Assembly (NCBI RefSeq): GCF_963921235.1
Contig: NC_086098.1
Coordinates: forward strand, 7,068,001 to 7,132,000
From: Mobula hypostoma
Lineage: Eukaryota
Reading direction: 5' to 3'
DNA length: 64,000 nucleotides
The notes under the pieces are model-generated. The model did not search any database and was not told the DNA's origin. It saw only the letters and a program-made list of their open reading frames with translations. Made by a program: the position numbers and the translations under genes. Below, piece after piece: positions 48,982-61,464 of this stretch (position 1 is the first letter of the stretch; each line of letters opens with the position of its first letter).

Positions 48982-51942
48982 AGTAAACACCAGAAACTAT
49001 TCGGGATCATCTGTACAGTTTGCAGAACTCTGCTCTGCTCTGGTGAGAAGAGAGTAAACCAAAAGTGGCTTTGTGTTTAAGAAGGGAAGCAAATGTAAGG
49101 TGAGGCTGCATCTTATTCAGCAGAGATTTAAAACCGAGCATCTAGCAACCATCTGGGGATATGACAGCATCATCAGTAGGGCCCAAAGTCGAATTCTGTC
49201 AAAATCTGCCTTACAACCTTCTTCACATTCTGTCTTATCATGCCAGCTTTCTCCCTCTCCCCATTTTGCAGATTGTTATGGACCAACAAAAAACAAAACC
49301 CATGGCCTCAAGGAGACGTGAATTTGAAATGGTTCAGGAGGAAAGTAATATGGCTGCAGGTTTCCAGATCAGTGCTGTTCTCCTGGCATCACAATTTAAG
49401 CGTAACAGTATCTGGGTGTTACTGTGTGACAGCCCTCAGTGTTGATGGTAATCATACTGTCAGAAAAGGGAATAGAGATAGTTAGCAAAACAACAGCAGA
49501 GGAGCAATTTCCATTCCCTCCTTCTCAGACCCCGTCAAATGGGAAGATTCATCCCTTGCCACCACTCTTCCAAATTTTGTGTTAGATTACCCCGAGAAAA
49601 ATGTGAATCTAACTTCAAAGTCAATCGGGTACACTGCTCTTGAAACAAGGTCTGGTTGATTTGTATATAAGACACAAGAGCAGAATTTGGCCCTTCAGCC
49701 CAGTATTTGCTCCTCAATTCGATCATGGCTGATTTAGTTCCCCTTTCAACATCATTCTCCTGGTCCTGCCTTCTCTCTGTAACCCTTGACATCCATACTA
49801 ATCAAGAATATAACCTCCACTTTTAACTATACCCAATGACTTGGCCATCCACACATTCCACAATATCACCACCCTCTGGCTAAAGAAATTACTCCTCATC
49901 TCTGTACTAAAGGGACTCACAATGTTCCTTTGAATCAATATTCAACGTAAAATAAGCAACGGGAACTCCTCAATGAAATGGATGTATTCTCTCATCAGTA
50001 CTGCTATCTTCTACATTACTCCGAGAAAATTGTTAGGCTAACTCCCAGGTCAGTCAGGTGGCTGTTGATTTCTTGAGACAAGACCTGCTTCATTCACAAG
50101 GTTGAGTTGCATGAGACCATAAGACATAAGAGTGAGGGGGGATCTCACTGAAACCCATCGAATGTTGAAAGGCCTTGACAGAGTGGATGTGGAGAGGTTG
50201 TTTCCTTTGGTGGGGGAATCTCGGACACGAGGACACAGACTCAGAATACAGGGATATCCACTTAGAATGAAGATGAACACTGAGCGTCATAGGAAGTCAT
50301 TCCTGCCAGTGGCTATCAAACTTTACAACTTCTCCCTTGGAGAGCCAGACCCCCTGAGCCAATAGGCTGGTCCTGGACTTATTTCCATCTGGCATAATTT
50401 GCATATTATTATTTAATTATTTATGGTTTTATATTGCTATGTTTATACTCTATTCTTGGTTGGTGCAACTGTAACGAAACCCATTTCCCTCAGCATCAAT
50501 AAAGTATGTCTATCTATCAATCTATTTATCTATTTATAAAGAAGAATTTCTTTAGCCAGAGGGTGGATAATCTGTAGGATCCATTACCATGGGCAACTAT
50601 CGAGGCGAAGTCATTGCTTATATATATATAAGGCAGAGATTGATAGTTTCTTGATTGGTCAAGTCATGAAGGGTTACAGAGAGAATGCAGGAGATTGGGG
50701 CTGAGAGGGAAAATGGATCGGGCATGACGAAATGGAGCAGGCTCGATGGGCCAAATGGCCTAATTCTGCTCCTATACCTTATGGTTTTACGATTGATCAA
50801 CCTCTGCTTTAAATATACCAAATGACTTTGCTTTCAGAACTGTCTGTGACTTTGAGTTCCACTAATTCACCATCCTCTGGCTAAGAAAATTCCTCCTCAT
50901 CTCTGTTCTAAAGGGACCCAGAATATTTCTCTGAATCATTGTTTAACTTAAAGCAAACAACAAGGAGCCAAGCTGATCTCCTCAACGGAAAGCAGTAGAT
51001 AGATTCCCTCATCGGTACTGCTGGTAGTCAACAAAACAGGAGTGATATGAGCTTATTTCAAACAAGAAATTGCGGGTCTGTCCACATCGAAATCAAAAGC
51101 ATTTTTCTAAGTGCAGTGTGTCTTTGCTTTATACTGCTGGTGAATTACTTCAGAGTGTGGGAGAACTTGCTTTACTCTCTTCTCATTACTTCCATCAGGG
51201 AGGAGTTACAGGAGCCTGAAGACACATTCAATACCTTTGGAAAAACTTCTCTGCCGCCAGATCTCTGAATGGATGTTAAACCCAGGAACACCACCCCACT
51301 ATTTTGTTCACTTTTTAACATAGAACACAGAACAGGACCTTCAACCCACAAAGTTGTGCTGACTTTTTAACCTACTCTAAGATCAACCTAACTCTTCCCT
51401 CCTATATAACCCTCCATTTTCCTATCATCAATATGTCTATCTAAGCTACTTTTTCATTTTTCATGTATTTCTTGTCACCATCATCATTATGTTCCCTGTT
51501 CAATGACGTGGGTGATCATGGTCTTTCCATGACCATGATTGCTTTTGGCAATTGCCTTCTTCTGGGGAGTGTCTTTACAAGATGGGTGGCCCCAGCCATT
51601 ATCAATACCCTTCAGAGATTGCCTGCTTGGTGTCAATGGTCGCATAACCAGGACTTGTGATGTGCACCAGCTGCTCATACAACCGTCCACCACCTGGTCC
51701 CATTGCTTCACTTGACCCTGTTTGGTGCTACACTTTGCCCAATGGTGACCTCAGGCTAGCAGAGGGAAAGAGTGCCTTACACCTCCTTTGGTACAGATGT
51801 ATCTCCACCCCGCTACCCCCAAATTTCTTAGTATTTTGTATGTATTGCATTGTACTATTGCCACAAAACAACAAATATCAGTGATAATAAACCTGATTCT
51901 GATTCTAATGCACTAATCTACTTTCACCTCTTTGTCGTCAAG

Positions 51943-52136
51943 GTTATAAAGGCTATCGAGGAGGGTTACCGTCTCCCTGCTCCCATGGACTGTCCACCTG
52001 GTCTTCACCAATTGATGCTCGACTGCTGGCAACAAGAACGCAGTGAGAGACCCAAGTTTGACCAGATAGTCGGCATCCTGGACAAAATGATCCGGAATCC
52101 AAACAGTCTGAAGGTTCCTGTGGGGACTTGCAGTAG
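51943..52136 (+). CDS. EPHA7: EPHA7 exon (kinase C-lobe end; ~exon 15)
   Basis: gtcaag|GTT...AGTAG|gtgagg; 194 bp; [64 protein letters not shown](R). Confidence 0.97.
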
Positions 52137-55006
52137 GTGAGGGAGAATATGGACACAACTCTACTGCACGTCAGTGATGGCAGGAGGGGGATCAAAGTTT
52201 TGCATAAGTGAAAGTGTTAAGGACATGGAGTTACAGGTTCAATCATGATGGCTTCTGTTCCTAGTAGCCCAGTGTAGGAGCGTAGCTTTTAGCATAACAC
52301 TTTACAGCACAAGCTGTAGGATCACGGTTGAATTCCCACCGCAGTCAGTAAGGAGTTGGTACGTTCTTCTTGGGACCATGGGTTTCCTCTGGGTGATCCG
52401 TTTTCCTCTGTAGTCCATAGACCTATTGGTTACGGTTGGTAACTTCCGAGTACGCTGTGTTTGTGCCGGAAGCATAGGAACACACACACGGTAGAGTAGC
52501 AGTTACTGCAACGCTATTACAGGTCAGGGTGTCGGAACCGCGAGTTCAAATCCTGCTATCCTGTGTAAGGAGTTTGTGTGTCCTGTCTGTGGAACATGTG
52601 GGTTTCCTCCGGGTGCTCCGGTTTCCTCCCACAGACTAAAGGCGTGCCAGTTAGTAGGTTAATTGGTCCTGTGACTAGGCTAGGACTGGTAGGTTGCTGG
52701 CGGCACAGCTCCAAGAGCCAGAAGGGCCCATTCCGTGCTGTATCTCTCTCCGTCAATCAACAAATAAACAACCAGCACATAGGTCATTGAAAGGTACAGC
52801 ACAGAAACAGGCCCTTCGGCCCATCTAGCCCATTCCAAAGCCATGTAAACTGCCTACTCCCACCGACCAGCACCCAGACCATCCCCCTATGTGTACCTAT
52901 CTAAACTCCTCTTAAACGTTGAAATCGATCCCATGCGCCATTTGTTCTGGCAGCTCATTCCGCACACTCACAGCCCTCTCAGTTTAGAAGTCCCCTCGTG
53001 TTCCCCTTAAACTTCTCACCTTTCACCCTTAACCCATGACCTCTAATTGTAATCCCACCCAACCTCAATGGAAAATAATCCTGCTCGGATGGTGTTTGTC
53101 GCATTTCATTATATGTTTCAATGTACATATGGCAAAATAAAGTCATCTTTATCTTTAAAGGATGCCTACGCCTTGAATTTCAATTCATTAACACAGGTTG
53201 TTTCAGAAATTGTAGAGTTCAGCACAAAAACTCTATCGACCATGATGCCAGTGTAAGCAAGTGGAAGGGAAATTACAAGATCAAAATGGTGAACGTTTGC
53301 AGCAGGTTGTTGTGCAAAGGGTCCTGAGAGTGTTTGTGCACAAAATCGTAACCGTTTGGTTTGCAGGCACAATTTATCAAGAAGGCAACGGTATGTTGGC
53401 CTGCATTGCGAGAGAGGTTGTATTTAAGATAAGGGAGGTGAGCTGCAACTTTACAGGATACTGATGAGATCGTTCCTGGAGTAGTCTGGGCAGTCCTGCT
53501 CTCCTTACTTGAGAAAAGATGTATTGCATTTGGAGGTGGTGCAGAGAAGTTTCAGGAAGTTATCTCTAAAGGTCACTTGGGACTATAGTTGCTGGAATTC
53601 AGAAGAATGGACAGGGGATCTTACAGAAGCATATAAAATTATGAAAGGGGTTGATAAGATAGAGCAAGTAAGTTGGTTCCACTGACAAGTGAGACCAGAA
53701 ATAGGAGACATAGTTCTCAAGATATGTTCATTCGTTCATTATGTGCCATGTCGTATAACGTGGGCCATCATGGTCTACAGAAATTTTTTACTGAAGTGGT
53801 TTGCCATTGCCTTCTTCTGGATAGGGCCTTTACAAGACAGGTGACCCCATCCATTATCAGTTCTCTTGAGAGATTGTCTACCTGACGTCAGTGTTCACAC
53901 AACCAGGTGATATGCACTAGTTGCTCATACAACCATTCATCATCAGCTTCCATGGCTTCACGTGACCCTGACTGAGTGACTAAGCAGGTGCTACACCTTG
54001 CTCAAAGGTGACCTGTAGGCTAGCAAAGGGAAGGAGTGCCTGGCACCTCCTTTGGTAAAGATGTATCTCTACCCCACCACTGGAAGGGATATGTAAAGTT
54101 ATGAGAAGTATAGATAAAGTAGATGATCAAAGTGCAAAGTAAATTTTATTATCAGAATATTTATATGTCACCATATACAACCCTGAGAATCATTTTCCTG
54201 TTTGCATACTCAGGAAATTTATAGAGTAGTAGCTATTACAGGGTTTGAGACTAAGCTTGGGCTCTGCCTTTGGAGCTTCCCTACTCTCAACAACTTGCTC
54301 TCCTTTTAAACAAAGGCTTTCATAACGTCTTGGTTCAAACAGTCAGCCACACATTTACAAATTAAACCACCAATGAGAATATTTTGCTCCATTCGGATTC
54401 TCCGGACATCATTAAGCTGTCAATTAAATTATTTACCATGTCATGGATACAGAGAACATTATACGCAGAAACAGGGCCAGTGACCCATCTAGCCCATGCC
54501 AAACTATTATTCCGCCTAGTCCCACCTGGACCATAGCCCGTCATACTTAACCAAATTTCTCTTTAGTTCTGAAATCGAACTCACATCCACCACTTCTGCT
54601 GACAGCTCATTCCACACCCACATGACCTTCTGAGTGAAGAAATTCCACCTCAGGTTCCCCTTAAATATTTCACCCTTAACCTGCATTTCTAGTCTCACCC
54701 AACCTCAGTGAAAAAATGTCTGCTTCCATTTATATTACCTAAACCCTTCAGAGTTTTGTATTGCTCTATCAAATCTTCCCTCATTCTTCTACACTCCAGG
54801 GAATAAAGTGCTAATCTATTCAACATTTGCCTATAATTCTGGTCCTCAAGTCCTGACAACATTCTTGTAAATATTCTCTGAACGCTTTCAATCTTATTGC
54901 TGTAGTTAGATGATGACTGGTTTCTTTTTAATGTGACTCTGTGATTTGCTTACAACATTGGGAGTGTATCAGCTGAGGTAATTTTATCTGGTCTTCCCCC
55001 GTACAG

Positions 55007-55162
55007 ACCAATCAATCCACTTCTCGATCAGAATACCCTCGACTTCACATCCTTCCGTGGTGTAGGCGATTGGCTTGAGGCTATCAAGATGGAGCGATAC
55101 AAGGATAACTTCACAGCCGCAGGGTACAGCACGCTGGAGTCAGTGGCAAGGATGACCATTGA
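55007..55162 (+). CDS. EPHA7: EPHA7 exon (SAM domain; ~exon 16)
   Basis: gtacag|A CCA...ATT GA|gtgagt; 156 bp; PINPLLDQNTLDFTSFRGVGDWLEAIKMERYKDNFTAAGYSTLESVARMTI; not in the ORF track. Confidence 0.96.
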
Positions 55163-55252
55163 GTGAGTTAAATGCCAAAAATCAAAATCTGACTCCATTA
55201 TAAAGCAGTCGTGTTGTTGACCGCACATAAAAGGAGTGAAAATAAAGCTGCA

Positions 55253-55830
55253 AACACGAGGAAATCTGCAGATGCTGGAAATTCAAGCAACACACACAAA
55301 ATACTGGTGGAACACAGCAGGCCAGGCAGCATCTATAGGAAGAAATACAGTTGACGTTTCGGGCCGAGACCCTTCGTCAGGACTAACTGAAAGAAGAGAT
55401 AGTAAGAGGTTTGAAAGTGGGAGGGAGAGGGGGAGATCCAAAATGATAGGAGAAGACAGGAGGGGGAGGAATGAAGCCAAGAGCTGGAAAGTTGATTGGC
55501 AAAAGGGATACAAGGCTGCAGAAGGGAGAGGAACATGGGGCGGGAGGCCTAGGGAGAAAGAAAGGGGGTGGGGAGCACCAGAGGAAGATGGAGAGCAGGC
55601 AAGGAGTTATTGTGAGAGGGACAGAGAGAGAAAAAAAGGAATGAATGAATGAATGAATAAATAAATAAATAAATAAAGGATGGGGTATGAAGAGGAGGAG
55701 GGGCATTAACAGAAGTTAGAGACGCCAATGTTCATGCCATCAGGTTGGAGGCTACCCAGATGGAATATAAGGTGTTGTTCCTCCAACCTGAGTGTGGCTT
55801 CATCTTGACAGTAGAGGAGGCCGTGGATAG
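55253..55830 (-). mobile_element. PLE 3' fragment ~90 bp downstream of the SAM exon
   Basis: Same family as 43903-45402; hammerhead motif at 55349-55384. Confidence 0.88.
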
Positions 55831-57329
55831 CTTAATAGTTTTTATTCCATAATTAAGCTGGAAATACTTCAACCTAAAAATTTGATTTCATTCTACAAAT
55901 AAATCCATATTGAGCAATGTGGTGAACGTGCTTGTCTGAAATATAACATATAACATAGAACATGGAACACTACTGCACAGTGTAGAATCTTTGGCCCACA
56001 ATGCCATGCCAATGTGTACCATCTCCAAGATCAATCTAACCCTTTCCTCCCACTGAGCCCTCCATTTTCCTTCCATCCATGTGCCTGTCTAAAAGTTTCT
56101 TCAACGCCCAAAATGCATCTGCCTCCACCACCACCTCTGGCAGGGCGTTCTATGAACTTACCACTCTCTGTGTAATAAACCAGTCTCTGACATCCCCCCT
56201 ACATTTACCCCCAGACACTTTAAAGTTAATACCATCATCATCATTACGTGCCATTTCAGATGACACGGGCGATCATGTTCCCATGACCATGATTGTTTTT
56301 GGCAAATTTCTCTACAGCAGTGGTTTACCATTGCCTTCTTCGGGGCAGTGTCTTTACAAGTCAGGTGACTCCAGCCATTATCAATACTCTTCAGAGATTG
56401 TCTGCCTGGTGTCAGTGGTCACATAACCAGGACTTGTGATATGCACCAGCTGCTCAAACCTCCTCCCACGGCTTCACGTGACCCTGATCGGGGGGCTAAG
56501 CAGGTGCTGCACCCTGCCCATGGGTGACCTGCAGGCTAGCGGAGAGAAGGAATGCCTTACACCTCCTTTGATAGAGATATATCTCCACCCTGACACCAGG
56601 CAAGTTTAAAGGTGTGCCTCTCTGTAATAGCCATTTCTGCTCTGTGATCAAATAATATTAGAATCAGAATCAGTTTTATTATCACCGGCATGTGACGTGA
56701 AATTTGTTAACTTAGCAGCAGCAGTTCAATGCAATACATCATCTAGCAGAGAAAAAAATTATATTGAATAGATTTCTTAAAATGTGCAATCTAAATCTTC
56801 CCTCAAACATAATCCTCCAGTTTTCTGTCATCCATGTGCCTGAGAGTTTCAAAACTCCCCCAGTGGATCTGCCCCTACCACCACACAGGCAGGGCATTCC
56901 ACACACTTACCTCTCTCGGTTAAAGACCTAACATCTGACATACCCCCAATACTTTCCTCCAATCACCTTAAAACTATCCCCCCGGTGTTAACCATTTCCT
57001 CCCTTGGAAAAAGGTCATGTCAAATATGAAATTGCAGCTCATATGTTCTTGCAGAATAACTAAGTATTGCTCATCCCCATCATCCTGAAGTGTGCAATGT
57101 CAAGAGCTAACACCCAAATCGTATTCTTTGTCCTCATCGCCAAGACTTCCTGTGCAACTTCACACATGTGCCTGGACAGCTGTACCCATGGAGGTCACGG
57201 TCACTGTCAGTGGGCCTCAGGATCACTGCAAACTGAAGACATTGACCTCTACCATATCTCAGTTTCACACTCACTGCTGCAAAATAGGAATGTCACCCAA
57301 ACTAAAGGTGTCAATACTCATGTCCTTCT

Positions 57330-58030
57330 ACAGACCCGCATCCTAACATGCTGCATCACTGCTTGGAATGGAAATTGCACTGCAGCAGACAAGAAGGCTG
57401 TACAACGGGCAGTCAAAACTGTGCTACACATCACCAGCACCAACCTACCCACCATGGTGGACATAATTGGACAGATACATGGATGGGAGGATGGGAGGTG
57501 TATGGAGGGATATGGTCCGTGTGCAGGTCAGTGGGACTAGGCAGAAAATGGCTTGGCACAGCCAAGAAGGGCCAGAAGGCCTGTTTCTGTGCTGTGCTAT
57601 GTATAGAAAAGTGCTGTAAAAAGGCCAGTAACATCATGAAGGGACCCACCCACCCTGCTCATGGACTGTTTGTCCCACTCCCATCAGGGAGGAGGCTATA
57701 TAGCATCCACACCAGGACCACCAGACTCAAAAACAGTTACTTTCCCCAAGCAGTAAGGCTGATCAACACCTCCACCCCTCCACACCCCCAAATACCACTA
57801 CTTTATCGTTTACTGTCAGAGCCACCTTATGTACAGACACTCCTGTCCCTAGTGTCACTGTATGGACATACAATCAATTTATATAGGCTATCTTATGTAT
57901 TGTATTTATGGTATTTTTATTATAATGTTCTTTATCTTAGTGCCTATTCTTTGTTCTGCACTGGATCCAGAGTAACAATTATTTCGTTCTCCTTTACACT
58001 TGTGTACTGGAAATGAATTTAAACAATGTT
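57330..58030 (+). mobile_element. Rex1/Babar-like 3' fragment with a nested CR1 3' end (~57463-57602)
   Basis: ILTCCITAWNGNC...HPAHGLFVPLPSGRR...NSYFPQAVRL. Confidence 0.75.
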
Positions 58031-59369
58031 GAATTCTCTACGCTGCTCAAATTCAAGGTGCGGGATATGCCTGCAAGAAAGTAAATCTCAGGGTTGTATA
58101 CGGTGATATACGTGTACTTTCATAATAACATTTACTTTGAACTTTGAACTTTTGAGCATGGTTATTGTCATTCTGTACACAAGTGTAAAGAATAATGAAA
58201 TGATTGTTACTTCAGATTCAATGCAACATAAAAAACATAGTAAGCATAAAAATATATTAAATGTAATGCAATCTTATAAATCACAATATACAAGTAACGG
58301 CAAAGGGCCAGAGTATGGGGGATGAAGAGCGCTGAGGGGCTGTGGTGAGGAGAGACTGATGTGGATGGGGGGGGCGGTATCCTTATCTGCCCTTTTTCAG
58401 GAAGAGTGCTCGGACAGCATCTGCCTACAGCTCTTGGGCGTGAGCCACACCAACTCTGTTTCAAACTTTTTTTTGGAAAATTTCCCAATTTTTGTTCCCC
58501 GAGTAGATAAATTCGGCGCCAATGCTAAATGCAACAGCGTTTTCGCACACCATAAATGAATACAGTCTAATTTCTTGGCACTCAATCTTTGAGACATTCC
58601 CAAACACTTTTAGATGATCACAAAGCTGCTTTAACGCTATTAAAAAGTAGTAGTGTAGTTTCTAGTCCCTCATTTTGGGAAAAAGCCTAGGGATTTTCAG
58701 ATTTACAAGGAATGCAAAGCTCTAATCCTTAAATCACCAGTAAAAATCCTGGGATCCCTTGGGGACGAGCACTGCCTGCTTTAGTCAGCCATTATAAATG
58801 GGTGTGTTGATTATAGGAAGCAGCAGAACGTTGAATATTAGTAGTGGTTGTTAATTTTCTATTTTCCTAGAGAATTGCAGTGAACAACCCCAAAAGATTT
58901 TACGAATAACATGCAATAAAATATAATTCAATTTTGGCTATAATTTGCTTAGTTTAATTTTTTTTAGACTTTGTGATTTGAACCTAATTAATCTGAGAGC
59001 TTTAATTGAGAGATTCACTGAGATGTAGTTTCTGCCCGACCACCCCCCCCCCCCCCCCCACACACATAATAGCAAAACTGTCCTCACACCAGAGGAAAGT
59101 GAGCTGCTGGGTGTAGTCACTGAGCTGTGACGTACATTTTACAATCACAATCATGATCAGGATCAAGATTTAATATCATTGGCACATGTCATGGAATTTG
59201 TTGTTTTGTGGCAGCAATACAATGCAATACATTTTTTAAAATTATAAATTACAATAATATAAGTTAGAGAAAGCCCTAATTCACTCAATCTTTCCTCAAA
59301 AGGGGTGTTTTCTAATCCAGGCAGCATCCTGGCAAATCTCCCCCGCATCCTCTTTAAAGCTTCCACGTA

Positions 59370-59983
59370 CAGTCGTCCCTCGGTATCCACGGGGGACTGG
59401 TTCCAGGACCTCCCGGGGATACCAAAATCTGCGGAAGCTCAAGTCCCTTATATAAAATGGCGTAGTAACCTACACACATCCTCTCATATACTTCAAATCA
59501 TCTCTAGATTACTTATAATACCTAATACAATGCAAATGCTATGTACTTAGTTGTTACACTGTATTGTTTAGGGAATAATGACAAGAAAAAAAAGTCTACA
59601 TGTTCAGTACAGACGCAACCATCGTAGCTCTTCCGGGAACGCTGATGCTGCCTCGGCGTCAGCCGATGCCAATCCTCCCGTGATCTTTAAGTTCTTGAGG
59701 CTGTAGCGCTTTACATAACTAGCCAGCCATCCCTTACCAGCCTTAAACTCCTTCCTCTCGCTCACAACGAACAATGCTCAAACAACGAGTGCTGGAGAGA
59801 GACTGAGGATCTGTGCAATGGCGGGAGGCTACAGCAGGTTACGCCTACACATCACTTCATTCATGTGGGTTCAGCGTGGCGCACGGCAAATCCAAGTGTT
59901 GCTTTTTGGAACTTATTGGAATTTTTTTTCCGAGTATTTTCGATCCGCAGTTGGTTGAATCCACGGATATGGAGGGCCAATTG
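59370..59983. mobile_element. Tigger/pogo non-autonomous element (MER2-like) inserted in a CR1
   Basis: TA TSD on both sides; imperfect TIRs cagtcgtccctcggtatcc / ggatatggagggccaattg; host CR1 (~59268-60125) is continuous across the site. Confidence 0.88.
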
Positions 59984-60310
59984 TACTTCCCATAATGAGG
60001 TGACCAGAACAGAACACAATATCGCAAGTGTGGCCCAGCCAGAGTTTTATAGAGCTGCAACATTATCTCCTGACTTTTGAACTCAATCCCCTAACTAATG
60101 AAGGCCAGCACACCATATACCTTCTTCAGAATCAGAATCAGGTTTAATATCACTGCCATATGTTGTGAAATTTGTTGTTTTATGGCAGTACAGTGCAATA
60201 CATAATAATAAAATATACATTTATTTATATCTATATCATGATATGCATATAATTTTAATTAAATATGTGCAAACAGAACAAAAAAAGAAAAAAAATACTG
60301 AGGTAGTGTT

Positions 60311-60505
60311 CACAAACAAGAGGAAATCTGCAGATGCTGGAAATCTGAAAAACAACACAAAATGCTGGAGGAACTCAGCAGGCCAGGCAGCATCTATGGA
60401 AAAAAAAATTACAGTCAACATTTCAGGTGGAAACCTTCAGCAGGACTGGAGGAAAAAATAGATGCTGCCTGGCCTGCTGAGTTCCGCCGGCATTTTGGGT
60501 GTGTT
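60311..60505. mobile_element. Fold-back PLE terminal-repeat mini-insertion inside a Rex-like LINE (60128-60793)
   Basis: 15-bp TSD tactgaggtagtgtt at 60296-60310 and 60505-60519; inverted arm 60457-60505. Confidence 0.82.
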
Positions 60506-61464
60506 ACTGAGGTAGTGTTTATGAGTTCATTGTCCATTCAGAAATCTGATGACAGAGGTGAAGAAGCTGTTCCTGAAACCTTGAGTGTGTATTTCCAGGC
60601 TTTTGTTGGTAGCAATGAGAAGAGGGCATGTCCTAGGTGACGGAGATCCTTAATGATGGGTGCCAACTTTTTGAGCCATCGCCTTACGAAGATGTCCTGG
60701 ATGCTGGGGAGACTCGTGCCAATGATGGAACTGACTGAGTTTACAAATTCCTGCAGCTTTTTACAATCCTGTGCGGTGGCCCCACCATACCAGAGCACTT
60801 TATCAAACTTGCTGTAAGCAATAGATGACACAATGAAAAAGTAGACCAGTGCTAAAAGTAATTCTAGCATCATTAAACTATATGATGTTAGTAGGTGCCT
60901 TCCTAAGACTGTCGCAACATGGGAAGAGGCCTATTAGAATACCAGAGTTAAGCAAACCCCTTTAATCCTCAGAACATCCGTACACCAGGATTCTCTAGTT
61001 CTTTCCTAAGCCTAAGACTTACCCTTCCTTATATCCAGAGGGTGTCTCTCGCCTGCCCAAGTATTCCCAGAGGCAATTACTAAGGTACTGAACATCCACA
61101 GAGCCTCACTTGATAAAACAAGGTGACGAGGGCACAGCAGCATCGGACTTCCACCGAGCCCGCCAGCGAAGCACTGACATGCTGGGCTGAGGAGCAAGAG
61201 TCACAACAAAAACTGCTGATACTTGGAATCTGAAAATAAAAAAAGAAAATGGGAATCACTGGTCTCTTAAATGCAAACAGTCTTCCTGAAAAGATAATTG
61301 GCAGGTCAGCTGTTTCGAACTACGCTCCCAAACTGTGGAATTCAATACCTAATCTTATAAGGGATGCAGACTCAGTTGAAACTTTTAAACACCAACTCAA
61401 AACCTATTTATTTAACCTTGTTTTTAACTAACATCCTTTTATCTTTTACTTTCTTGTTTAATTT

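Noticed and set aside
57348..58016. 222-aa ORF as a novel gene
   Set aside because: Chance fusion of Rex-like and CR1 fragments plus AT-rich UTR
61249..61431. ORF starting MGITG as the final EPHA7 exon
   Set aside because: Lacks LVGHQKKI; it is an L2 3' remnant (APKLWNSIP...FKHQLKTYLF). The last exon was not found in the window
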